Origin: Xanthobacteraceae bacterium
Lineage (GTDB): Bacteria > Pseudomonadota > Alphaproteobacteria > Rhizobiales > Xanthobacteraceae
Direction: 5' to 3'
DNA: 64,000 nucleotides
Assembly: GCA_036271715.1 (NCBI GenBank)
Contig: DATBAD010000001.1
Location: forward strand, 83,887 to 147,886
Each line of letters opens with the position of its first letter. Positions within the stretch are counted from its first letter, which is position 1. Below the pieces are notes generated by a model. It was not told the DNA's origin. It saw only the letters and a program-made list of their open reading frames with translations, and did not search any database. Made by a program: the position numbers and the translations under genes. Below, one piece after another: positions 51,870 to 61,274 of this stretch.

Positions 51870-53792
51870 ATGACTAGTGGCAGCGGTGCGCTTCTCGGCA
51901 CGCTTCTGCACCTCTGGCCTTACATCTGGCCCGCCGACCGGCGCGATCTGAAAGCACGTGTCGTGCTGGCGACAGTGCTGTTGTTCGTCGCGAAATTCGC
52001 CACCGTCGCCGTGCCGTTCACCTTTAAATGGGCGACCGATGCGCTCGCCGGACGCGGCACGGCGCCGGTCGCGCCGAACAATTGGCTCGCCTGGGTCTTC
52101 GCCGCACCGATTGCGATGACGCTTGCCTATGGCGGCATCCGCATCGTCATGGCGTTGCTCACGCAATGGCGCGATGGCATTTTCGCCAAGGTCGCCATGA
52201 ACGCAGTGCGGCGGTTGGCGATGCTCACCTTCGAGCACGTGCATCTCCTGTCGCTACGCTATCATCTTGAGCGCAAAACCGGCGGCCTGACGCGTGTCCT
52301 AGAGCGCGGCCGCAACGCCATCGAGACCATCGTGCGCATGGTGCTCTTGCAATTAGCGCCAACCGTCGTCGAACTGGTTCTGGTTGTCGCCGTACTCTTA
52401 GGCCATTTCGATTGGCGCTATGTCGTCATCATCGGCGCCACGGTCGCGCTCTATATGGCGTTCACCTTTTATGCCACCGAGTGGCGCATCGGCATCCGCC
52501 GCAAGATGAATGAGAGCGACAGCGACGCCAACACCAAGGCGATCGATTCGCTGCTTAATTACGAAACGGTCAAATATTTCTCGGCCGAGAACCGCGAAGC
52601 GCGGCGCTACGATCGCTCGATGGAGCGCTACGAAGACGCAAGCGTGGATGCCTATACCTCGCTCGCCGTTCTCAATGCCGGCCAAGCGACGATCTTCACG
52701 CTTGGTCTGGCCGCGACCATGGTGCTCTGCGCCTACGGTGTTGAAAACGGCACCAATACCGTCGGTGATTTCGTCATGATCAATGCCATGATGATCCAGC
52801 TCTACACACCGCTGAATTTCATGGGGCTGGTTTATCGCGAGATCAAACAGGCGGTGATCGATATCGAGAACATGTTCGCGATTCTTGAGAGGGAGCCGGA
52901 AATCGAGGACGCGCCGGGCGCGAAGCCGCTGCAAGTGCGCGCCGGTACCATCCGCTTCGAGAATGTCTCGTTTGCTTACGAGCCGGAGCGCCCGATCCTT
53001 AAGGGCTTAAGCTTCGAGGTCGCCGCCGGTTCGACCGTCGCTATTGTCGGCCCGTCCGGCGCCGGCAAGTCGACGATTTCGCGGCTGTTATTTCGCTTCT
53101 ATGACGTCACCGCCGGCTGCATTCTCATCGATGGCCAGGATATCCGCGCTGTGACGCAGAACTCGCTGCGCGCCGCCATCGGTATGGTTCCGCAGGATAC
53201 CGTGCTGTTCAACGATACCATTCGTTACAACATTCGCTACGGCCGCTGGGATGCGAGCGACTCCGAAGTCGAGGAGGCCGCGCGGCAGGCCCAGATCGAC
53301 CGGTTCATCCGGCAAGCACCCAAGGGCTACGAGACCGAAGTCGGTGAGCGCGGCTTGAAACTCTCCGGCGGCGAGAAGCAGCGCGTCGCCATTGCCCGCA
53401 CCATTCTCAAAAGTCCGCCGATCCTGTTGCTTGATGAGGCCACGTCGGCGCTCGACAGCCACACCGAGAGGGACATCCAGGACGAACTTGATCGGGTGGC
53501 GGAGAACCGCACTACGCTCGTCATCGCGCACCGGCTGTCGACTATTGTCGATGCCGATGAGATCCTGGTGCTCGACGGCGGCGTGATCGTTGAGCGCGGC
53601 AAGCATGCGGTGCTGCTTGCGCTTGGCGGCCTTTATGCCAGCATGTGGAATCGTCAGCGCGAAGCGCAGATGGCGCGTGACATTCTCGCCGTGGCGGGCG
53701 AGGAGAATGTTGCGCCCAACCGCAATCCTCCGCCTTTGCCAGATGCGGAGGCTGATGCTGAATTCGTTCCCGCCGCCGATGCTGCAGAATAG
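51870..53792 (+). CDS. Atm1/HMT1-like ABC exporter (fused TMD-NBD)
   Basis: Six TM segments followed by an NBD with Walker A GPSGAGKST, signature LSGGEKQR and Walker B ILLLDEATSALD. ATG 51870 is preferred over 51828. Confidence 0.88.
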   Translation: MTSGSGALLGTLLHLWPYIWPADRRDLKARVVLATVLLFVAKFATVAVPFTFKWATDALAGRGTAPVAPNNWLAWVFAAPIAMTLAYGGIRIVMALLTQWRDGIFAKVAMNAVRRLAMLTFEHVHLLSLRYHLERKTGGLTRVLERGRNAIETIVRMVLLQLAPTVVELVLVVAVLLGHFDWRYVVIIGATVALYMAFTFYATEWRIGIRRKMNESDSDANTKAIDSLLNYETVKYFSAENREARRYDRSMERYEDASVDAYTSLAVLNAGQATIFTLGLAATMVLCAYGVENGTNTVGDFVMINAMMIQLYTPLNFMGLVYREIKQAVIDIENMFAILEREPEIEDAPGAKPLQVRAGTIRFENVSFAYEPERPILKGLSFEVAAGSTVAIVGPSGAGKSTISRLLFRFYDVTAGCILIDGQDIRAVTQNSLRAAIGMVPQDTVLFNDTIRYNIRYGRWDASDSEVEEAARQAQIDRFIRQAPKGYETEVGERGLKLSGGEKQRVAIARTILKSPPILLLDEATSALDSHTERDIQDELDRVAENRTTLVIAHRLSTIVDADEILVLDGGVIVERGKHAVLLALGGLYASMWNRQREAQMARDILAVAGEENVAPNRNPPPLPDAEADAEFVPAADAAE

Positions 53793-53842
53793 TCAAATCT
53801 TAAGTCGTACAAAATCTGAACCGCACTGAGTCTGAAGCCCAA

Positions 53843-54544
53843 ATGTCCATTGCTGACTCGATCTACAAACAGCTGACGCCAATTCATCCGGAAGGCTATC
53901 CGTTCATCGGTGGCTTCGCGCTGGTGAGTCTCATCCTGTTCTGGGTGTGGACGCCGCTCGGCTGGCTGGCAACAGTCGCCACATTGTGGTGTGTCTATTT
54001 TTTCCGCGATCCGCCGCGGGTGACGCCGGTGCGCGATGGCATCGTGGTGGCGCCGGCCGACGGCCGCGTCAGCCAGGTCGCCAATGCTTTGCCGCCGCCT
54101 GAGCTTAATCTTGGCGAACAGCCGCTGCCGCGGGTGTCAATTTTCATGAGCGTGTTCGATTGTCATGTGAACCGCAGCCCTGTCGGCGGCCGCATCGAAC
54201 GCATCGTCTATCGCGCCGGAAAATTCCTCAGTGCCGATCTCGACAAAGCGAGCGAAGATAACGAGCGCAACGCCTTCGTCATCGTGACGCCTGCCGGGCA
54301 GCGCATCGCCGCGATCCAGATCGCGGGACTGGTCGCGCGGCGGATCGTGCCGTTCGCACGCGAAGGCGAAACGGTCGGTGTCGGCCAGCGTATCGGCATG
54401 ATCCGCTTCGGCTCGCGGGTCGATGTCTATCTCCCCGAAGGCGCGCGCGCGCTGGTGGCCGAGGGTCAGACGGCGATTGCCGGCGAAACTGTGCTGGCCG
54501 ATCTCAAAGTCGCCGATGCCGGGCGAACGTTTCGTATCGCTTAG
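53843..54544 (+). CDS. psd: Phosphatidylserine decarboxylase proenzyme
   Basis: 233 aa. Short bacterial type with an FGSRVD self-cleavage-site region. Followed by pssA. Confidence 0.9.
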   Translation: MSIADSIYKQLTPIHPEGYPFIGGFALVSLILFWVWTPLGWLATVATLWCVYFFRDPPRVTPVRDGIVVAPADGRVSQVANALPPPELNLGEQPLPRVSIFMSVFDCHVNRSPVGGRIERIVYRAGKFLSADLDKASEDNERNAFVIVTPAGQRIAAIQIAGLVARRIVPFAREGETVGVGQRIGMIRFGSRVDVYLPEGARALVAEGQTAIAGETVLADLKVADAGRTFRIA

Positions 54545-54664
54545 ATTATAGTTAATTCCCGCGCCGCGCGAAGTAAGTGATATCGGCTGTTTTGAAAGCC
54601 TCGCGGCGGCGCGCCGCATGCACCGGCGATGGCCGGTCGCCGCGAAAACGGATATATCTACGCC

Positions 54665-55555
54665 ATGGTGATGCAACGACCCGGACTGTTCGACCCGCGG
54701 CGGCAGCGGCGCTTTCGCCGCATTCCGGTGCGTACGCTCGCGCCGAACCTCGTCACGCTGCTGGCGATGTGCGCCGGATTGACTGCGATCCGCATGGCGT
54801 TCGAGAACCGCTATACGCTGGCGCTTGCGGGCATCGTATTCGCCGCGATCCTCGACGGCCTCGACGGCCGGCTGGCGCGCCTCCTCAAAGGGACATCGCG
54901 CTTCGGCGCCGAACTCGACAGCCTATCCGACTTCGTCAATTTCGGTGTTGCGCCGGCGCTCATCATCTATTTCTGGGATCTGCACGATCTGAAATCCGCC
55001 GGCTGGATCGCGGCGATGGTGTTCACCATCTGCGCCTGCCTGCGGCTCGCGCGTTTCAATGTCATGCTCGACGATCCCGATCGCCCGGCCTGGGCGGCTA
55101 ATTTCTTTGTCGGCATGCCGGCGCCGATGGGCGCGATCAGCGTCCTGCTGCCGATCTATCTGGTCTTTCTCGGCTTTCCGCGTTCGGATGTGCTGACCTG
55201 GGTGACGCTTTTCTACACGCTCGCCGTCGCTTCATTGATGGTGTCGCGGTTGCCGGTATTTTCCGGCAAACGCGTCGGCACGCGTGTGCCGCCGGAGATG
55301 GTCGGTCCGGTCATCGTTGTCGTCGTGCTGGCGATCGCGCTTCTGATCGCCTATCCATGGGTGCTGCTGACGGCCGGCACGCTCGCTTATCTGATCAGCC
55401 TGCCGTTCGGCTATTTGTCGTACCGCGCCCATGAGAAGCGTTCGCGCGAAGCGCGGCCAGATGCGGCTGCTACGGCAAGTTCCTCGGCGGCTGTTTCACC
55501 GCCCGCCATGACCGGCTCTGCACCCAGCGACGATCGTCCCGCCCGTCTGAACTGA
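54665..55555 (+). CDS. pssA: CDP-diacylglycerol--serine O-phosphatidyltransferase
   Basis: CDP-alcohol phosphatidyltransferase motif DGLDGRLARLLKGTSRFGAELDSLSD. Start at ATG 54665 or 54671. Confidence 0.9.
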   Translation: MVMQRPGLFDPRRQRRFRRIPVRTLAPNLVTLLAMCAGLTAIRMAFENRYTLALAGIVFAAILDGLDGRLARLLKGTSRFGAELDSLSDFVNFGVAPALIIYFWDLHDLKSAGWIAAMVFTICACLRLARFNVMLDDPDRPAWAANFFVGMPAPMGAISVLLPIYLVFLGFPRSDVLTWVTLFYTLAVASLMVSRLPVFSGKRVGTRVPPEMVGPVIVVVVLAIALLIAYPWVLLTAGTLAYLISLPFGYLSYRAHEKRSREARPDAAATASSSAAVSPPAMTGSAPSDDRPARLN

Positions 55556-55597
55556 CAGACCGGCGCGGCAGTGCCGGTTGCCCTCTTGGACAATTCG

Positions 55598-57160
55598 ATG
55601 CGCATCGCACGCCGTACTGTCCTGGTCTCGGCCGCCGCCACGCTCGCGGCGCCGGTGGTGCTGCGTTTTGCGCGCGCCGATGCGCCGACCGTACTCAAGC
55701 TGCATCATTTTATGTCGTCGGTATCGAGCGGCCACGACAAGTTCCTGGTGCCTTGGGCGCGCAAGATCGAAGCGGAGTCGGGCGGGAAGTTGCGCATCGA
55801 CCTCTTTCCGTCGATGCAGCTTGGCGGACCGCCGGCGCAGCTGTTTGATCAAGTGCGTGATGGGACCGTTGATATCGCCTGGACGATGCCGGCGCTGACA
55901 TCGGGCCGTTTCCCCAAGATCGAAATGTTCGATCTGCCTTTCGTGCCGTCTCACCGCGCGCTGGTCAGTACCAAGGCGCTTGAGGATTTCGCCGCGACAA
56001 ACTTGAAGGAAGAATTCGGCGAGGTTCATCCGCTGTCTTTTTCCTGCGGCGATCGCGCCGTGGTGCACACCACGATCCCGGTGCGCACCATCGAGGACAT
56101 CAAAGATCTGAAGTTGCACGCGCCGACACGGTTTGGCGCCGACTCCATTCGTCTTCTCGGCGCGCAGCCGGTGCCGATGCCGTTAGGCCAACTGCCGACC
56201 GCGATCACCGCGCATATCGTCGATGGCTGTGTCGATCCTTGGTATCTCGTGCCGCCCCTGCGGCTCAACGACGTGCTGAAAATGCACACGGAGTTTTCCG
56301 ATTCGTCCCTCAGCAGCACCAGTTTTGTGCTGGTGATGAACAAGGACGCCTATGATCGATTGCCGCGCGATCTGAAAACCGTCATCGACAATAATTCAGG
56401 GCAAGCGGCCGCGAATTTCGTCGGCGCGATGTGGGACCTTCAAGCCGCGGCCGTCGCCGATATGGTGGCGCAACGCGGCGACACCATCGTCACCTTGCTG
56501 CCTGACGCCGTGGCGCGCTGGCGCAAAGCGACCGAGCCGGTCATTGCGACGTGGCTGAAGGAGATGAAAGACCAGAAAGTCGACGGCGCAAAACTACTCG
56601 CGCAAGCACGTGCGCTGTTGACGAAATATGCGAACCTGCCGGAGCCGCAGACGTCACAAACAGCGTCGCCGCCGGAGCAGCAGGCCGCGACCGATCCGCA
56701 GCACTCGGACGTTAAGCCGGACATGAGCACGCGGCCGCGAGGGAGCGTGCCCGTTACTTCGGCTTCATCGCCACCATCCGTGGCGCCGTCACCACCCGCG
56801 CCGCAGGCGCCCGCTAAGCCCGTCCCGCCGGCATCCCCGCCGCAAGCCGCCGCGCATCCACCGGCAACTGCCACACCGACACAAGCGCCGCCGCCTGCGA
56901 AGCCCGTCGCGCCACCGCAGCCATCGCCAACTGTCGTTAAGCCGGCTGCTTCGCCGCCATCGTCAGCTGTCACTAAGCCGGCTGTGGCACCGCCTTCACC
57001 GCCTGCTCCTGCGCCGACACCGCCACCTGCGGTCGCGACGGCGCCAAGCGCACCGCTGCCAACGCCACCAGCTGCGGCGCCGATCGTGCCGAAGCCCGCG
57101 CCACCGCCGGCAACTCCACTCGTGAAGCCGCCGCCAAAGACGATCGATATTCCGCTGTGA
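55598..57160 (+). CDS. TRAP-type DctP-family solute-binding protein with a roughly 190-aa Pro/Ala-rich C-terminal extension
   Basis: ATG 55598 gives a Tat/Sec-like leader, MRIARRTVLVSAAATLAAPVVLRFARA. The DctP-like core runs to about residue 330, after which the sequence is PAPxP-type low complexity. No dctQ or dctM gene is adjacent. Confidence 0.8.
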   Translation: MRIARRTVLVSAAATLAAPVVLRFARADAPTVLKLHHFMSSVSSGHDKFLVPWARKIEAESGGKLRIDLFPSMQLGGPPAQLFDQVRDGTVDIAWTMPALTSGRFPKIEMFDLPFVPSHRALVSTKALEDFAATNLKEEFGEVHPLSFSCGDRAVVHTTIPVRTIEDIKDLKLHAPTRFGADSIRLLGAQPVPMPLGQLPTAITAHIVDGCVDPWYLVPPLRLNDVLKMHTEFSDSSLSSTSFVLVMNKDAYDRLPRDLKTVIDNNSGQAAANFVGAMWDLQAAAVADMVAQRGDTIVTLLPDAVARWRKATEPVIATWLKEMKDQKVDGAKLLAQARALLTKYANLPEPQTSQTASPPEQQAATDPQHSDVKPDMSTRPRGSVPVTSASSPPSVAPSPPAPQAPAKPVPPASPPQAAAHPPATATPTQAPPPAKPVAPPQPSPTVVKPAASPPSSAVTKPAVAPPSPPAPAPTPPPAVATAPSAPLPTPPAAAPIVPKPAPPPATPLVKPPPKTIDIPL

Positions 57161-57164
57161 ATGT

Positions 57165-57809
57165 TTAAAGGTTCGGCGGATAGCCCGGCATCAAATCGTA
57201 GGGATGACCCCAGCCAGGCAGCGCCTTCATGCGTTCGAGCCACGCAGCGATGTTTTTATGCGTCGCCGGAATATCGAAGCCGAATTCTTCTGCCGGATAA
57301 TAAAGATACGCACAACACGAAATGTCGGCGATGGTCGGGCGGTCGCCGAGGACGAACGGCGCTTTCCCAAGTCGCTTGTCGAAGACGGCCAGCGCGCCAT
57401 CGATGCGCCCCCTCAGGAATGCCATCACCGTGGGATCACCCGGTGGACGTGCGAAATTCTTCAAGAAGCGAAACGGTCCAAGAAAGCCGTTGAGTTTCTG
57501 ATTGTCGAAAATGATCCAGCGTAAAGCTTCAAGCCTCTCGTCCTCGCCCTCCGGCTTGAAGTGCCCGGATCGTTCGGAGAGATAGGTCAAGATAACGCCG
57601 GACTGGGTAATTTTTTTGGAACCATGCACCAGCACCGGAGCCTCACCCATTTCATTGACGTCAGTGCGATATTTTTCGGTACGTGTTTCGCCGCCTTTGA
57701 AAAAATCGACATAGATCGGCTGCCAATCGGCGCCGATCAAATTGAGCATCAGCGCTGCGCGATAGGAATTGCCGGATTGGGCGAAACAGTAGAGCTGATA
57801 TTCGGGCAT
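57165..57809 (-). CDS. Glutathione S-transferase
   Basis: 214 aa. The N-terminal thioredoxin-like GST fold begins YQLYCFAQSGNSYRAALMLNL. Confidence 0.85.
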   Translation of the reverse strand: MPEYQLYCFAQSGNSYRAALMLNLIGADWQPIYVDFFKGGETRTEKYRTDVNEMGEAPVLVHGSKKITQSGVILTYLSERSGHFKPEGEDERLEALRWIIFDNQKLNGFLGPFRFLKNFARPPGDPTVMAFLRGRIDGALAVFDKRLGKAPFVLGDRPTIADISCCAYLYYPAEEFGFDIPATHKNIAAWLERMKALPGWGHPYDLMPGYPPNL

Positions 57810-57827
57810 AAATCTCCTCAGAAAAGT

Positions 57828-58265
57828 CTATCGCGCCAGCGTGACGGCTCCGGTCGGTCCCTGCCCCTGGAAGTGGCCGTCGGCGAAGGACAATTCGACA
57901 AGCACATTGCCTTTGTGATCGCGCAGGATCAGCCGGTCGTGCTCGTAGCTCCATTTCCGGCTGGTGAAGAATGCGCCGGGACAGCCACCGGCCGGCGCGA
58001 TCGTGCCGTCGGCAGCGCCAGGATTGGCGCTGAACGCCATCAGGCATGAGCCGCTGCCCGTCGTGAATTTCCATTTGCCGCCCAGATCGGTCGGTGGCGG
58101 GGAAGGTTTCGCGGGCGATGGCGGCGGAGACGATGCCGCGGCGTCCTCATCTGGGCTGGTGTTGGGATGCTGTGTAGCGCAGCCGGCGAGGATCGCGAGC
58201 GCTATCGCCAATAACGTGGCGATCTTCGCGCTGTTCGGTTGTTTTCGTCCGACATGGGCCGTCAC
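57828..58265 (-). CDS. Omp19/Inh-like (protease-inhibitor fold) lipoprotein
   Basis: GTG at 58265. Lipobox LAILAGC, then a Pro/Ser linker and a C-terminal GKWKF...CLMAF...CPGAFFTSRKWSYEHDRLILRD beta-barrel-like domain. 145 aa. The 248-aa ORF in the track is over-extended. Confidence 0.65.
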   Translation of the reverse strand: MTAHVGRKQPNSAKIATLLAIALAILAGCATQHPNTSPDEDAAASSPPPSPAKPSPPPTDLGGKWKFTTGSGSCLMAFSANPGAADGTIAPAGGCPGAFFTSRKWSYEHDRLILRDHKGNVLVELSFADGHFQGQGPTGAVTLAR

Positions 58266-58410
58266 AGAAACACCCGCCTTGCGGATTGGAACCGCAGAAA
58301 AAACCAAATTTCCCGGTGCTGCAAGCGCATTGACCGCGATTGCCGCCCCACTTGTGCCAACATTTCCGCCCGAAATCGACCCACAGGGACGAGTCCGACG
58401 GGAGACCACT

Positions 58411-59085
58411 ATGACATACCGCAAAAGCGGGCGAGTACGACTGCCGATGATCGTGGCAGTTTCCATCGCTGTTCTGGCGCTGGCTGGACCCGCACGCGCC
58501 GATGACGCTAGCACTGGCTTAAGCAGCCAATCGACGAGCAGCACGCCGGCTTCGCCGGTCGAGGAGTTTTCCAAGCAGCTCGAAGACTTTCAGAAGAGCG
58601 TTCCCGACCTGAACAAGGCCATTCAGGACAGCGCCGGCGCGATCGACAGCGTGACCGATATCGACAAGGCACGCGCCCAGATCGACCAGTTGCGTCAGGA
58701 GGTCTCGGCGCTGCTTGGGGCCGTTTCGGATAACGGGCCGGTTTCGCAGCTTGGCGCGAAAGCACTCGATCATGTCCGCGGCAAATTGCGGACGCTGGCG
58801 CAAGAGCAGCGCTTCAAACCCGAAGAGCGGCAATTCCTGATCGATCAATGGCAGCAGTTGCAGGCTCAAACGGAGGCCGCGACCAAAGAGCTTGGCGATG
58901 CGCGGGCGCAGTTCGCCGGCCTGCTCCAGACCTTGCAGTCTAATGAAGACTTCATCGACGAATTGGTCGAGATCAGGCAGGCGCAAAAGGCGATCGACGT
59001 GATGCGCAAGCTGACGCAAAACATCCGCGACGCATCCAATCAGCTCAATAAGCTGATCGGCGCCATCAAGCCGCCGGGAGTGTAA
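58411..59085 (+). CDS. Secreted coiled-coil protein (hypothetical)
   Basis: ATG 58411 preceded by GGGAG. The signal peptide ends AGPARA. The remainder is heptad-rich and Gln/Glu/Leu-rich. 224 aa. Confidence 0.65.
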   Translation: MTYRKSGRVRLPMIVAVSIAVLALAGPARADDASTGLSSQSTSSTPASPVEEFSKQLEDFQKSVPDLNKAIQDSAGAIDSVTDIDKARAQIDQLRQEVSALLGAVSDNGPVSQLGAKALDHVRGKLRTLAQEQRFKPEERQFLIDQWQQLQAQTEAATKELGDARAQFAGLLQTLQSNEDFIDELVEIRQAQKAIDVMRKLTQNIRDASNQLNKLIGAIKPPGV

Positions 59086-59089
59086 TGCC

Positions 59090-59476
59090 GTGCGACCGTC
59101 TGTTGGACGGATCGTAGGATTGACGGCAAGTGCCGCCATCGTGGCGGGCGCGATTGTCGCCTGCCGGCCGTCAGGCGATATCGGCTATGTGCAAATCAAC
59201 ACCGTGCCGGTGGCACCCGTGACACAGGCTACGCTCTATCTCGATGCAAAGAAGCTCGATCCGATCCAGCAGGGGAGCGCGCTGTTACGGCAGTCAGTGG
59301 GCACGCTGCAGCTTACGGCCGATTCCTATGGCGGCGCGCATGCGCCGCTTTGCGACGTGGAGGTGAAGAAAGATCGCATCACCTCGATCACAATCTCTGT
59401 CCTGGAGCGGCCGCCGCGCTGTGTTTGCAAATTCAGCAGTGCGGGGAATGCGGCGGGCCGCAAATGCGTCAGTTGA
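59090..59476 (+). CDS. Hypothetical lipoprotein
   Basis: GTG 59090 lies 4 nt after the previous stop. Lipobox-like AIVAC. 128 aa with C-terminal Cys residues. Confidence 0.5.
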   Translation: MRPSVGRIVGLTASAAIVAGAIVACRPSGDIGYVQINTVPVAPVTQATLYLDAKKLDPIQQGSALLRQSVGTLQLTADSYGGAHAPLCDVEVKKDRITSITISVLERPPRCVCKFSSAGNAAGRKCVS

Positions 59477-59519
59477 CGCGTACACTTCAGCGTCGGTGCG
59501 TTACTTCATCGTCGGCGAG

Positions 59520-61016
59520 TCACTTCATCGTCGGAATGACGAACTCGGCGCCTTCTTTGGTGCCGGAGGGCCAGCGCGCGGTCACGGTCTTGGTCTTGGT
59601 GTAGAACCGGACCGAGTCTGGGCCGTGCTGATTGAGATCGCCGAAGCCCGAACGCTTCCAGCCGCCGAAGGTGTAATAGGACAGCGGTACCGGAATGGCG
59701 AAATTGACACCAACCATACCGACCTGCACGCGGCTGGTGAAATCGCGCGCGGTGTCGCCGTCGCGGGTGAAAATGGCGACGCCGTTGCCGTATTCGTGCT
59801 CGGACGGCAGCCGCACCGCTTCCTCGTAATCCTTGGCGCGCACCACCGACAGCACCGGGCCGAAAATCTCTTCCTTGTAGATTTTCATCTCCGGCGTGAC
59901 CTCGTCGAACAGGCAGCCGCCGATGAAATTGCCGTTCTCATAGCCTTGCAGCTTGAAATTCCGGCCGTCGACAACAAGCTTCGCGCCCTCTTTGACGCCG
60001 GAGTCGATATAGCCTTTCACTTTGTTGAGGAGGTCGCGCGTCACCATCGGCCCGTAATCGACCTGCGGATCGCTCGCCGGGCCGATCTTCAGGCTTTCGA
60101 CGCGCGGAATGAGTTTCTGCACCAGCGCATCGGCGGTTTTCTGGCCGACTGGAACGGCGACGGAGACCGCCATGCAGCGCTCACCTGCCGAGCCATAACC
60201 GGCGCCGATCAGCGCATCCACTGCCTGATCCATGTCGGCGTCCGGCATAACGATCATGTGGTTCTTGGCGCCGCCAAAACACTGCACGCGTTTGCCGTGT
60301 GCGGTACCTGTTGCATAAATATATTGGGCGATGGCTGATGAGCCGACGAAGCCTATGGCATGCACGCGCGGATCGGTCAGCAAAGCATCAACAGCTTCCT
60401 TGTCGCCATTGACAACATTGAACACGCCCGGCGGCAGGCCGGCCTTGAGAAAAAGTTCAGCGATGCGCAGCGGCACCGATGGGGCGCGCTCCGAAGGTTT
60501 GAGAATGAAAGAGTTGCCGCAGGCGATGGCCGGCGCGCATTTCCACAACGGGATCATGGCTGGGAAGTTGAACGGCGTGATGCCGGCGACAACACCGAGC
60601 GGCTGGCGCATCGAATAGAGGTCGATGCCGGGGCCGGCGCCGTCGCTGTATTCGCCCTTCATCAGATTAGGGATACCGCAGGCGAATTCCGCCACTTCAA
60701 GTCCGCGTTGGATATCGCCCTTGGCGTCGGCGAAGGTCTTGCCGTGCTCGGACGACAACAGCCGAGCGAGATCGTCATATTCGTCCTGGATCAGTTCCAG
60801 GAATTTGAACATCACCCGGGCACGGCGCTGCGGATTGGTGGCTGCCCATCCCGGAAACGCGGCTTGGGCATTGGCGATCGCCGCCTCGACCTCGGATTTG
60901 GCGGCCAACGCCACCTTGGCCTGCACCTCGCCGGTATTAGGATTGAAAACGTCGCCAAAGCGCCCGGACGCGCCCTTCACCTCTTTGCCGCCGATGAAGT
61001 GGCTGATCTCGCGCAT
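59520..61016 (-). CDS. mmsA: Methylmalonate-semialdehyde dehydrogenase (CoA-acylating)
   Basis: ATG at 61016 preceded by AGGGAGA. Starts MREISHFIGGKEV. The catalytic region is that of the aldehyde dehydrogenase family. 498 aa. Confidence 0.9.
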   Translation of the reverse strand: MREISHFIGGKEVKGASGRFGDVFNPNTGEVQAKVALAAKSEVEAAIANAQAAFPGWAATNPQRRARVMFKFLELIQDEYDDLARLLSSEHGKTFADAKGDIQRGLEVAEFACGIPNLMKGEYSDGAGPGIDLYSMRQPLGVVAGITPFNFPAMIPLWKCAPAIACGNSFILKPSERAPSVPLRIAELFLKAGLPPGVFNVVNGDKEAVDALLTDPRVHAIGFVGSSAIAQYIYATGTAHGKRVQCFGGAKNHMIVMPDADMDQAVDALIGAGYGSAGERCMAVSVAVPVGQKTADALVQKLIPRVESLKIGPASDPQVDYGPMVTRDLLNKVKGYIDSGVKEGAKLVVDGRNFKLQGYENGNFIGGCLFDEVTPEMKIYKEEIFGPVLSVVRAKDYEEAVRLPSEHEYGNGVAIFTRDGDTARDFTSRVQVGMVGVNFAIPVPLSYYTFGGWKRSGFGDLNQHGPDSVRFYTKTKTVTARWPSGTKEGAEFVIPTMK

Positions 61017-61064
61017 GATTGTGTCTCCCTGCAAATGATTTGGCGGCGCTGCGGCCGCGTCCCT

Positions 61065-61171
61065 GAGCTCATTGTGCCGCGTTTCGGCGCCATGGTCACG
61101 GGGCGCGCGCTTGGTCCGCCGCTTGGTCCGAGATGTTTATTCGCCGTGCCGGACCGCGGCACAATGGGCTC
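61065..61171. repeat. 17-bp inverted repeat (16/17 match) bracketing 73 bp; contains an internal 11-bp direct repeat
   Basis: gagctcattgtgccgcg (61065-61081) pairs with cgcggcacaatgggctc (61155-61171). cgcttggtccg occurs twice inside, at 61108 and 61120. The element lies in the mmsA/motA divergent intergenic region. Confidence 0.85.
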
Positions 61172-61274
61172 CAAAGCAGCCCAAAATCACGCTTCGGTAA
61201 CCGTCCCTTAAGCGCATTTGCCCTACGTATATACCAAGTGGCGTGGGCTCGCAGTCGCGGGTTGGGAGTAGTTT

